Shown one piece after another: positions 25,930 to 38,450 of a DNA stretch of 64,000 bases; the stretch's first letter is position 1, and every line of letters begins with the position of its first letter. This DNA comes from Eledone cirrhosa (Eukaryota). The stretch is from assembly GCA_964016885.1 (NCBI GenBank), contig OZ024748.1, forward strand, positions 52,638,001-52,702,000, given 5' to 3'. The notes beneath the pieces are model-generated. The model had not been told where the DNA came from. It worked only from the letters and a program-made list of their open reading frames with translations, and did no database searches. The translations under genes and the position numbers were made by a program.

Positions 25930-28622
25930 TGGCAGTGGTGGTGGTGGTGGTGGTGGTGGCAGTGGTGGCATTGGTGGTGGTGGTGGTGGTGGTGGCATTG
26001 GTGGTGGATGTGATGTGTGTTGGCGGTGGCAGTGGTGGTGGTGGTGGCAGTGGTGGCAGTGGTGGTGGTGGTGGTGGTGGTGGCATTGGTGGTGGATGTG
26101 ATGTGTGTTGGTGGTGGCAGTGGTGGTGTGCTATCTGTGGTGGTGGTGGTGGCAGTAGTGGTGTGCTATGTGTGGTGGTGGTGGCAGTAGTGGCATTGGT
26201 GGTGGATGTGATGTGTGTTGGTGGTGGCAGTGGTGGTGGTGATGGCAGTGGTGGCAGTGGTGGTGGTGGTGGTGGCAGTGGTGGTGGTGGCAGTGGTGGT
26301 GGCAGTAGTGGTGTGCTATGTGTGGTGGTGGTGGCAGTGGTGGTGGTGGCAGTGGTGGTGGCAGTAGTGGTGTGCTATGTGTGGTGGTGGTGGCAGTAGT
26401 GGTGTGCTATGTGTGGTGCTGGTGGTGGCAGTAGTTGTGTGCTATGTGCTGTGGTGGTGGTGGTGGCAGTAGTGGTGTGCTATGTGTGGTGGTGGTGGTG
26501 GCATTAGTGGTGTGCTATGTGTGGTGCTGGTGGTGGCAGTAGTTGTGTGCTATGTGCTGTGGTGGTGGTGGTGGCAGTAGTGGTGTGCTATGTGTGGTGG
26601 TGGTGGCAGTAGTGGTGTGCTATGTGTGGTGGTGGTGGTGGTGGCAGTAGTGGTGTGCTATGTGCTGTGGTGGTGGTGGTGGCAGTAGTGGTGTGCTATG
26701 TGTGGTGGTGGTGGCAGTAGTGGTGTGCTATGTGTGGTGGTGGTGGTGGCAGTAGTGGTGTGCTATTTGCTGTGGTGGTGGTGGTGGCAGTAGTGGTGTG
26801 CTATGTGTGGTGGTGGTGGTGGCAGTAGTGGTGTGCTATGTGTGGTGGTGGTGGTGGCAGTAGTGGTGTGCTATGTGCTGTGGTGGTGGTGGTGGCAGTA
26901 GTGGTGTGCTATGTGTGGTGGTGGTGGTGGTGGCAGTAGTGGTGTGCTATGTGTGGTGGTGGTGTGGCAGTAGTGGTGTGATATGTGCTGTGGTGGAGGT
27001 GGTGGCAGTAGTGGTGTGCTATGTGTGGTGGTGGTGGTGGTGGTGGCAGTAGTGGTGTGCTATGTGTGGTGGTGGTGGTGGCAGTAGTGGTGTGCTATGT
27101 GTGGTGGTGGTGGTGGTGGCAGTAGTGGTGTGCTATGTGTGGTGGTGGTGGTGGTGGCAGTAGTGGTGTGCTATGTGTGGTGGTGGTGGCAGTAGTGGTG
27201 TGCTATGTGTGGTGGTGGTGGTGGCAGTAGTGGTGTGCTATGTGCTGTGGTGGTGGTGGTGGCAGTAGTGGTGTGCTATGTGTGGTGGTGGTGGTGGCAG
27301 TAGTGGTGTGCTATGTGTGGTGGTGGTGGTGGCAGTAGTGGTGTGCTATGTGCTGTGGTGGTGGTGGTGGCAGTAGTGGTGTGCTATGTGTGGTGGTGGT
27401 GGTGGTGGCAGTAGTGGTGTGCTATGTGTGGTGGTGGTGTGGCAGTAGTGGTGTGATATGTGCTGTGGTGGAGGTGGTGGCAGTAGTGGTGTGCTATGTG
27501 TGGTGGTGGTGGTGGTGGTGGCAGTAGTGGTGTGCTATGTGTGGTGGTGGTGGTGGCAGTAGTGGTGTGCTATGTGTGGTGGTGGTGGTGGTGGCAGTAG
27601 TTATGTGTGGTGGTGGTGGTGGCAGTAGTGGTGTGCTATGTGTGGTGGTGGTGGTGGTGGCAGTAGTGGTGTGCTATGTGTGGTGGTGGTGGTGGTGGCA
27701 GTAGTGGTGTGCTATGTGTGGTGGTGGTGGTGGCAGTAGTGGTGTGCTATGTGTGGTGGTGGTGGTGGCAGTAGTGGTGTGCTATGTGCTGTGGTGGTGG
27801 TGGTGGCAGTAGTGGTGTGCTATGTGTGGTGGTGGTGGTGGTGGCAGTAGTGGTGTGCTATGTGTGGTGGTGGTGGTGGCAGTAGTGGTGTGCTATGTGT
27901 GGTGGTGGTGGTGGCAGTAGTGGTGTGCTATGTGCTGTGGTGGTGGTGGTGGCAGTAGTGGTGTGCTATGTGTGGTGGTGGTGGTGGTGGCAGTAGTGGT
28001 GTGCTATGTGTGGTGGTGGTGGTGGTGGTGGCAGTAGTGGTGTGCTATGTGTGGTGGTGGTGGTGGCAGTAGTGGTGTGCTATGTGTGGTGGTGGTGGTG
28101 GCAGTAGTGGTGTGCTATGTGCTGTGGTGGTGGTGGTGGCAGTAGTGGTGTGCTATGTGTGGTGGTGGTGGTGGTGGCAGTAGTGGTGTGCTATGTGTGG
28201 TGGTGGTGGTGGCAGTAGTGGTGTGCTATGTGTGGTGGTGGTGGTGGTGGCAGTAGTGGTGTGCTACATGTGGTGGTGGTGGTGGCAGTAGTGGTGTGCT
28301 ACATGTGGTGGTGGTGGTGGCAGTAGTGGTGTGCTACATGTGGTGGTGGTGTGGCAGTAGTGGTGTGCTACATGTGGTGGTGGTGGTGGCAGTAGTGGTG
28401 TGCTATCTGTGGTGGTGGTGGCAGTAGTGGTGTGCTATGTGTGGTGGTGGTGGCAGTAGTGGTGTGCTATCTGTGGTGGTGGTGGCAGTAGTGGTGTGCT
28501 ATGTGCTGTGGTGGTGGTGGTGGCAGTAGTGGTGTGCTATGTGCTGTGGTGGTGGTGGTGGTGGCAGTAGTGGTGTGCTACATGTGGTGGTGGTGGTGGC
28601 AGTAGTGGTGTGCTACATGTGG
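25930..28622. repeat. G/T-skewed minisatellite GGCAGTAGTGGTGTGCTATGTGT(GGT)n
   Basis: Dozens of units over about 2.3 kb with variable GGT number, preceded by a GGT/GGCAGT tract. Confidence 0.95.
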
Positions 28623-28894
28623 AAAGGAAGCTTCCATCTGTCCAGTAAACAATAGGTGTGTTAGCCCCATATTATACTCCACTACTTTAAGTACTAATCC
28701 TAAGGACAACCAGGTGTGACAAAAACACTTGTAGTTGTGCAATTGTATGTATATGTACGTGTATATATATATATATATCTATATACACACATATGCACAC
28801 ACACACATATATATATATATACACACACACACATATATATACATTTACACACACATGCACACACACATATATATATATACATATACACACACAC

Positions 28895-28941
<47 letters not shown>

Positions 28942-29040
28942 CATATATACACACACATACACACACACATATATATTATATATTTATCTACACACACACA
29001 TATATAGTATATATTGGGGTTTATCAATATGTTCTCTCTC

Positions 29041-29089
<49 letters not shown>

Positions 29090-29119
29090 AGATCAAAAGA
29101 TGGTTAAATGAGTTCCATG

Positions 29120-29190
29120 TATTTTATTATGCGCATTTCAAAAACAAACATCATCATGCAATAATATTTGTGTTTTCATCAGATAAAATA
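29120..29190 (-). ncRNA. Type I hammerhead ribozyme (antisense arm of element A)
   Basis: Reverse complement TATTTTAT-CTGATGA-AAACACAAAT...GTTTTT-GAAA-TGCGCA-TA-ATAAAATA. Confidence 0.8.
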
Positions 29191-29307
29191 GGAAGACATG
29201 ATATGAAGGTTAAAAAACACTTGTGGATAGTGCAGTTTTAAATCAACATATGTTGATTTAAAACTGCACTATCCACAAGTGTGTTTAACCTTCATATCAT
29301 GTCTTCC

Positions 29308-29377
29308 TATTTTATCTGATGAAAACCAAATTTTATTGCATGATGATGTTTGTTTTTGAAATGCGCATAATAAAATA
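29308..29377 (+). ncRNA. Type I hammerhead ribozyme (sense arm of element A)
   Basis: Stem I TATTTTAT/ATAAAATA, CTGATGA 29316-29322, stem II AAAC../..GTTT, GAAA 29358-29361, palindromic ATGCGCAT, predicted AUA cleavage after 29369. Confidence 0.82.
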
Positions 29378-29527
29378 CATGGAACTCATTTAACCATCTT
29401 TTGATCTTATATATTATGTATACTCCAGTCCTACAAACTGTAGAGTCCTTCTTATCCGATATCTGCATTGCTTTATTGTACTTCAATAAAACTCACCTCC
29501 TACATATATATATATATATATATATAT

Positions 29528-29829
29528 TGAAGTTTCCGTTGAAAATTGAAAAAGTCATAGGAGTGAAGAGTGCTCTATGTAAGTTACAGAGCTAAATTTA
29601 ATGTATAATAAACAATAAAATATAATTACCTCATTACCAGAGGTTTCCCAAATAGATGTTTCCAGAAAAATCACCCAAGAAAGGCCTTTCTTGGGGAGAT
29701 TTTTCAAATATTTCACTATGTACTAAATTGCCTTGTCTGACGAACGAATGCGGACGTTTCTTTTATTCGTCTTAGTCGGGAAACCTCTGGTAATGAGGTA
29801 ATTATATTGTATTGTTTATTATACATTAT
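29528..29829 (-). mobile_element. Hammerhead element, family B, with about 50-bp inverted arms
   Basis: Arms 29599-29649 / 29778-29829; plus-strand AATTGCCTTGT-CTGACGA...GAAAC-CTCTG-GTA-ATGAGGTAATT (29726-29803; stem II imperfect); tail on minus strand TAGCTCTGT...AGAGCAC. Confidence 0.7.
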
Positions 29830-29840
29830 ATATATATATA

Positions 29841-30143
29841 GGAAGTATTTCCATAGGAAAGGTAAAGGAAAAGAGAGTGCTCTATGTAGGCTACAGAGCT
29901 TTTTAGTTATGTAATAAACAATACGAGATAATTATTTCATTTACCAATGGTTTCTTGAAGACATATTTATATCTGTCTCCAGTCGTCAGAACGAATAAAT
30001 AATGTGGTGTGTTTATCAAATCCATATTTAATAAACACCTTGTTATTTATTCGTTCTGACGACTGAAGGAAGATATAAATATGTGTCTTCAAGAAACCAC
30101 TGGTAAACGAAATAATTATCCCATGTTGTTTATTACATAACTA
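29841..30143 (-). mobile_element. Palindromic hammerhead element, family C (related to B)
   Basis: About 115-bp arms 29905-30143; hammerhead on + (TTCGTT-CTGACGA...GAAAC-CACTG-GTA-AACGAA, 30050-30111) and on - (29936-29995); tail shares GAGTGCTCTATGTA..TACAGAGCT with B. Confidence 0.8.
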
Positions 30144-30366
30144 TATATATATATACACATATGTATATATATATATACACATGTTTATATATATATTACA
30201 CATATATAGGTGTGTATATGTACATATATTCACATGTGTGTGCATGTAAATGTATATCATCATCATCTCATCATCATCGTTTAACGTCCATCTTCCACGC
30301 TAGCATGGGTTAGACGGGAGTTGTCTCACTTGAGGCAAGGTTGGTCGGGTGACCGTGACTCACTCG

Positions 30367-30398
<32 letters not shown>

Positions 30399-30719
30399 TT
30401 GAAACAAAATGAAAACGAAATTTCATTTCTCACTCTTAGTATGGCACTTACTTAAATGGCACTTACTTAAATGTAAGTATGCATGTATACGTACATACAT
30501 ATATGTATACAGACGTACAGTAGCATGCACATATATATATATATATATACATATATACATACATATGCATACAGGTACACATACATATATGCACGTATCA
30601 GTTTAGCGGCGCTTATTATAACGTCACTTTGTTCGTTTGTAAACAAACTGAACAGCCTGAATTTATGCCATACGGTGTTAAGGCAACCACGTCACCTTTT
30701 TGTTCAACACTGACACAGG

Positions 30720-30764
30720 AACGATGTACTAGTTTCAAGCTTGTTAGCTATCATCAGCACCGTT
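30720..30764 (-). ncRNA. Minimal type I hammerhead ribozyme (45 nt)
   Basis: Reverse complement AACGGTG-CTGATGA-TAGCT(AACA)AGCTT-GAAAC-TA-GTA-CATCGTT; 7-bp stem I, palindromic ACTAGT stem III, GUA site. Confidence 0.85.
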
Positions 30765-30874
30765 TACCCATCTGCCAGACAGTTGAACGTTCGAAAGTAT
30801 ATACATTCCCCATGAAAATCAACGGCTGAGCAGCCTAATTTGCATATTGAGTGAGTTAAATCGGTCATGCATAC

Positions 30875-31573
<699 letters not shown>

Positions 31574-32739
31574 ATGTGTGTGTTTCTGTCTTTAATTCCT
31601 TCTCCATGGTAATGTTCTATGACATTCTTCAAGTCTAACAATGACAGTGTTGGTGGTGCTGGGCTGTCTTGTAATTTAATTAACTTTCTCCATTGTTTAT
31701 TCTAGATTTATCATTACATTTTATTCTTCCATATTTATATATTTATTCATTTTCACCAATCTCTTTTACGTTTGTTTCTACTTTTTTTGTGTTGTTTTGT
31801 TTATATTTTATTTTTGCTTTTTTTTATTTTTATATTATTTTTTTTTTGTTTTGTTTTGATTTTTTTCATATTTTATTTTTGTTGTTTTGTTTTGATTTTT
31901 TTATATTTTATTTTTGTTTTTGTATTGTTTTGACTTTTGTCTTTGTATTGGTGTTTTGTTTTTTCATATTTTGTTTCGAATTTTTTATATTTTACTTGTG
32001 TTCTTGTTTTTTGTTTTTGTTGTTCTCGTGTTTTGATTTTGTGGTATTTTACTTTTGCATCTTGTTAATTATAAATTTTCTTTTTTTTGTTTCTTGTGAA
32101 GAGAATATGGGGTGGGGGGCTACTTTATTTTATGTCCAACTCCAGTTCTTTTATTTTGTTTGCAATTTATTCTTCTTCTCCTTAACAAATAACTTGATTA
32201 GGTTCTACTCGCACACTGACACATACAGAGACATGCACACACATAGACACAGACACACACAGGCATACACACACACACACACACACACACAATTTCAAAC
32301 ATGTTGAACAAGAGATGTTAGACAGATGGATAGAGAAATTCTAAGACAAGGTCAACACCATAAATAACAAGTGGAAATACTAGGATAAAGGGTAGGGTAT
32401 GAGGTAGGGTGGGGTAAGAGTGAGGGGTAGGGTGGGGTGAGAGTGTGAGGTAGGGTGGAGGAGAGTGGGGGTTAGGATGTGGGAGGGGAGGCAGAGTGGG
32501 GCATGTGGTAAGGAGGAGAAGAGAGGGGTTAATAATAGTATGGGAGGGGGAGGGAGGAGAAATAGGAAATAATTATTTCCTTTATTGTTTCTTTCTTTGA
32601 GGTCTATATAGCAAATCCCAATTGATTAATAAAGTTAGGTAGAGTTATATGACTATATGGGGGGGAGGTATAGGGGGATAGGGTGAGGAGGGATACCTAC
32701 TTTTAATGAGAAGGTGAATGTTGATAGAGAACATGAATA

Positions 32740-33310
32740 TAGCAGTGGGAAGGCTGTGGGGAGGCAGTGGTGAGGAAGTTGTGAGGCAGTGGGGAGGCTG
32801 TGGGGAGGCTATGGGAAGGCAGTGGTAAGGCAGTGGTAAGGAAGTTGTGAGGCAGTGGGGAGGCTGTGGGGAGGCTGTCAGAAGGCAGTGGTAAGGAAGT
32901 TGTGAGGCAGTGGGGAGGCTGTGGGGAGGCTGTGGGGAGGCTGTGGGAAGGCAGTGGTAAGGAAGTTGTGAGGCAGTGGGGAGGGTGTGGTGAGGAAGTT
33001 GTGAGTCAGTGGGGAGGCTGTCGTAAGGGAGCAGTGAGGAAGTTGTGAGGCAGTGGGGAGGGTGTGGGGAGGCTGTGAGAAGGTTGTGGGAAGGCAGCAG
33101 TGAGGCAGTGGGAAGGCTGTGGTGAGGAAGTTGTGAGGCAGTGGGGAGGCTGTCGTAAGGCAGCAGTGAGGAAGTGGTGAAGCAGTGGTGAGGAAGTTCT
33201 GAGGCTGTGGGAAGGTTGTGGGAAGGCAGCAGTGAGGCAGTGGGAAGGCTGTGGGAAGGCTGTGGTGAGGAAATTGTGAGGCAGTGGGGAGGAAGTTGTG
33301 AGGCTGTGGA
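32740..33310. repeat. G-rich minisatellite (GAGGCAGTGGGGAGGCTGTGG / GAGGAAGTTGT)
   Basis: About 11-bp subunits in variable order. Confidence 0.9.
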
Positions 33311-33711
33311 GTGTCTACAGGTACAGAAGAAATCAGGAGGCAAAGGGACAATAATGAATGAATGGAGAGAGAGAGGGGAAGAAAAAGAGGGAGTGAGAGA
33401 CCTATGAAGACTAGTGTTTGTAAAGAAATCTACTGGTATGTGTGTGTGTGTATGTGTGAGAATGTGTGTGTGTGTACAGGAACTCACATATATAGACACA
33501 CACAATTCAAGAGAACAAGCCGTAGTACATGTTGAGTAGGGAAAGACAAGTGTGCTTTAAGAGTGACAAAATAAATGACAGGTGCAACAGTAACAACAAC
33601 AGTAACAACAACAATAACTGTTTCTATGTTAGGCACAAGGCCAGCATTAATCCAGTACATTACTGGTACTTTATTTTATCGACCACGTAAGGATGAAAGG
33701 CAAAGTTAACC

Positions 33712-34795
33712 TATAACAACAGTAGCAACTACAACAGTAACAACAACAACTACAGTAACAACAACAACTACAGTAACAACAGCAACTACAGTAACAACAA
33801 CAACAGTAACAACAGCAACTACAGTAACAACAACAACAGTAACAACTACAACAGTAACAACAATAACGGATAAAAGAGAAAACCATGCAATACTATGGTT
33901 AGTTAAGATGATGATAATGACAACAACAACAACTACAACAGCTACAGTAACAACAACAACAACAGCTACAGTAACAACAACAACAACAGCTACAACAACA
34001 ACAACAACAGCTACAGTAACAACAACAACAACAGCTACAACAACAACAATAACAGCTACAGTAACAACAACAACAGCTACAACACCAACAACAGCTACAG
34101 TAACAACAACAACAGCAGCTACAACAACAACAACAACAGCTACAACAACACCAACAACAGCTACAGTAACAACAACAACAACAGCTACAACAACAACAAT
34201 AACAGCTACAGTAACAACAACAACAACAGCTACAACAACACCAACAACAGCTACAGTAACAACAACAACAGCTACAGTAACAACAACAACAACAGCTACA
34301 ACAACAACAACAACAGCTACAGCAACAACAACAACAACAGCTACAGCAACAACAATAACAGCTACAGTAACAACAACAACAACAGCTACAACAACACCAA
34401 CAACAGCTACAGTAACAACAACAACAACAGCTACAACTACAACAACAACAGCTACAGTAACAACAACAACAACAGCTACAACAACACCAACAACAGCTAC
34501 AGTAACAACAACAACAACAGCTACAACAACAACAACAGCTACAACTACAACAACAACAGCTACAGTAACAACAACAACAACATCTACAACAACAACAACA
34601 ACAATAACAACAACAGCTACAACAACAACAATAACAACAACAGCTACAACAACAACAACAACTACTACAACAACAACAACAACAACAGTTACAACAACAA
34701 CAACAGCTACAACAACAACAACAACAACAACAACAGCTACAACAACAACAACAACAACAGCAGCTACAACAACAACAACAACAACAACAACAATT
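33712..34795. repeat. (CAA)n compound repeat with CAGCTACAGTAA interruptions
   Basis: Explains the poly-Thr and poly-Cys ORFs. Confidence 0.95.
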
Positions 34796-35041
34796 GGTTA
34801 AAGCAGCAACAAAAACAATGGAAACCACTAGAGCAAACAGTGGAAAGGATATTGGTAAGCATAATGTAGAGTAGGCAATATAAAATTGATTATGTTACTA
34901 AAACAGGATTAATTAGAACAAACTTGGAAAGAGATTCAGGTGAGTAGTTGTACTTCTCACCCATAACAGAGTGATCTGCTTAGTGGTGCAAACAGAAAAA
35001 TACTTTCACAAAGCAGACGATTGTCATATGAATGTATGTAG

Positions 35042-35078
<37 letters not shown>

Positions 35079-35149
35079 GGTATATATATATATGTAGGTA
35101 TATATATATATATATGTAGATATATATATATGTAGATATATATATGTAG

Positions 35150-35206
<57 letters not shown>

Positions 35207-35425
35207 TATATATATATATGTAGATATATATATATATATGTAGATATATATATGTAGATATATATATATATGTAGATATATATATGTATATATATATATA
35301 TATGTAGATATATATATGTAGATATATATATGTAGATATATATATATATATGTAGATATATATATGTAGATATATATATATATGTAGATATATATATGTA
35401 GATATATATATATACACATATATGT

Positions 35426-35480
<55 letters not shown>

Positions 35481-35486
35481 TGTAGG

Positions 35487-35518
<32 letters not shown>

Positions 35519-35625
35519 CGTAGGTATATATATATATATATATATACATATACGTAGGTATATATATATTCATATACGTAGGTATATATATATACATATA
35601 TATATATATATACATACATATACGT

Positions 35626-35665
<40 letters not shown>

Positions 35666-35770
35666 ATATATATGTGTGTATATATATATATGTGTGTGTA
35701 TATATATATATATATATATACATATGTGTATAAATATATATACATATATATACGTATGTATATACATACA

Positions 35771-35819
<49 letters not shown>

Positions 35820-36105
35820 GTACATATATATATACACATACATATGCACATACATGTATACATACATATATATATATATATAAATATATACGTAGGTAGG
35901 TACAGATGGAGAAACACATGTAATTACTTATTTATCAGAAACTGAGGTCTCTGTGTGTCATGATTCACTTTTCATGTTGACATGAAACTTTCTAAGTAAC
36001 ATGTAATGATGAAATGTGGAGTAATAGACAGATAAAACTTATTTCTAATACTACGCACTCTTCTTCTCCTTACACACCACCTTACTACTGTTTACACACA
36101 TATTT

Positions 36106-36439
36106 TCATTTCATTTCATTTTACGTCTGCTTTTTCCCTGCTTGCAAGGGTGGGATGGGAACTGATACTGGCTTGATTTCTACAGCTGGATGCCCTTCCT
36201 AACACCAACCTCATTTACAGTGAGTACTCGGTGCTTTGTGCTGTGGCACCTCAACGACCACTTTGCAGTGGAATGATAGGCACCCTAGTCCCTAGCATCT
36301 CATTTCTACAGCTGAGTAAACTGGAGCAATGTGAAATAGTGTCTTGCTCAAGGAAACAACACATCACAGAGTCTGAGAATTGAACTCACAACCTTTCGAT
36401 TGCAAGGCCAATGCTCTAACCACTAAGCCATGTGCCTCC
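36106..36439 (-). mobile_element. CORE-type SINE family 1
   Basis: Reverse complement of 1462-1799 with an (AATGA)n tail. Confidence 0.9.
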
Positions 36440-37989
36440 ATATATATATATACACTAATTGGGGGGGTGAGGATGCTTGCCTCAACAACTACTGTGTGTG
36501 TATACCTATATGTGTATGTGTATGTGTGTCCTCTTGTGTGCGTATGTGTGTGTGTGTGTGCATGTGTCGATGCATCTGTGCCTCTGTGTGTAAATGAGCA
36601 TGTGTCTGTGCATCATTCTGTATGTGTGTGTTTGTGCCTGGGCGTGTTTGTGTATGCTTCCGTGTGCATGTGTGTGTGTGCCTCTGTCTGTGTGAGTGTA
36701 TACTTGTGTGTGTGTCTGTGTCTGTGAGTGTGTATGTGCACCTAAGCATGTTTGGGTATGCCGCTCTGTGCATGTGTGTGTGTGCCTCTGTCTGTTCTGA
36801 GTGTGTATGTGTGTTTATGCCTGTGTGTATGTGTGTATGTGCATATTTGTGTGTGTGTGTGTGTGCTTCTGTGTGAGTGTGTACTTGTGTGTGTGTCTCT
36901 GTGTGTGCGTCTGTATGTGTGTGTGTGTGTGCCTCCGTGTGCATGTGTGTGTGTGTGTGCCTGTGTGTGAATGTGTATGTGTGCCTGTGTGTATGTGAGT
37001 GCCCCTGTGTGACAACAGTCAGTTTTTTCCATATATTTATTCATATAATGAATTGGGGAGTTCAAGTCTTTGGTTTTGATTCTCTGCTGGTCAATAACCC
37101 TGACTATAGAAATACGTATGATAGCAACAACAACTTCAACAGGTTGGGGTCAAATAGAAAGTGTAGATATATCAGCTACAACATCAATAGCAAGTAACAA
37201 CAACAGTAATCGCTTCTGATTTAGGTGCAAAGCCAACAATTTCGAGGAAGGGATGAAAGGCAAAGCTAACCTCGGTGGGATTTGAACTCAGAACATAAAG
37301 GGATGTAACTATACTGTAAAGCATATTGTCCGACACTCTACCGATTCTGTCAATCCACCACCTTCGATGGATTGACAACAACAACAACAACAACGATTAT
37401 TTCTTTTATTTTTATTTTTATTTATTTATTGTTTTTTTTTTTTTTATAATAAAGGTTTCTAATTTAGGTACAAGATGAGCAATTATTTAGAAAAAGGGAA
37501 AGTTGATTACACCAAACACAAACCTCGGAAGGGCAAGTGCTAAAGTTGACCTCAACAGGATTTGAATTCAGAAATGTAAAGAACAGATGAACCTGTGGCA
37601 TTGGAGACGTCTGGTGTTCTTGGTCCCTATAACATAACCCTACTCTCTGCTGTAGTAGTGGAATTAGGCCACCTGCAGGAGTGAGCCCTGCTAATTCAAT
37701 GCATCTCCATTGTTAAACTCCAGGGCAAGGCTTTCCACATTTGATCTGCTAGGACCATGAGGCAGCATGTACCTAGGGTTTCACACACTAGATGGTGTTC
37801 TTTCACACAGTTTGAGCTCATTGGAGTAGTAATGATTAAGTATTCTTTTTCATAGTTTTGTTGTACTTAGACTCACTGGTACATACACTAAAATGCTTAC
37901 TTAGGGTTGTACAAAACATAAACTAGCGTCAATGTATTACAAATAAAAGTTTATACAGAAACTTGCCCAAGATAACAACTGCAATTGCT

Positions 37990-38213
37990 TAAAATTTCGT
38001 TTTACAGGACATTGCTGGAGAAGTAAGCAGGAAGTAAAATAGAAGTTACTATTGTTGGAACCAACTGACGGGATGCGTAGTAGAGGAAGACTTGCTCAAA
38101 CCTTCGTCGATCAATTCTTAGTTGATACAAACCTCAGTAAGGAGTAGTTGCCAGGAGAAAATCGGGAATTATGGAGAGACTGTCAGGAATGTTCAGCTGT
38201 GGGTGCCATGATG

Positions 38214-38270
<57 letters not shown>

Positions 38271-38450
38271 CCTATCTATTATGGGGATTGACTCACGGAG
38301 ATGCAGTTAAGGAAGACCTTCTCAAACATTTATTGATGAACTCTCATGTGATGCAAACCGCAGTAAGGATCAGTTGCCAGGGGCAATGGAGAATTGTGAA
38401 ATGTGGAGAGACTTTGTCAAGAATGTTCAGCTGTGGTTACAATGATGAAG
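37990..38450 (+). mobile_element. Degenerate RTE LINE 3' end (different family), partly duplicated
   Basis: FRFTGHCWRSKQEV..KLLLLEPTDGMRSRGRLAQTFVDQFLVDT; the last about 150 bp is repeated at 38280-38450 after (CTAT)n. Confidence 0.65.

Larger units (their letters stand above)
29081..29504 (+). mobile_element. Palindromic hammerhead element, family A (arms 29081-29416 plus single-copy tail)
   Basis: About 168-bp arms with no spacer (centre CAT|ATG at 29249/29250); a hammerhead in each arm; tail TACTCCAG...GAGTCC...CTCACCTCCTACA; flanked by (TA)n. Confidence 0.85.

Noticed and set aside
29081-29416. Ordinary MITE or pre-miRNA explanation for the palindromes
   Set aside because: The asymmetric conserved tail outside the inverted repeat and complete hammerhead cores in several unrelated families do not fit TIR elements or miRNA hairpins
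33899-34828. Poly-Cys (metallothionein/keratin-like) and poly-Thr (mucin-like) ORFs
   Set aside because: Both arise from a (CAA)n triplet array; no splice or domain context
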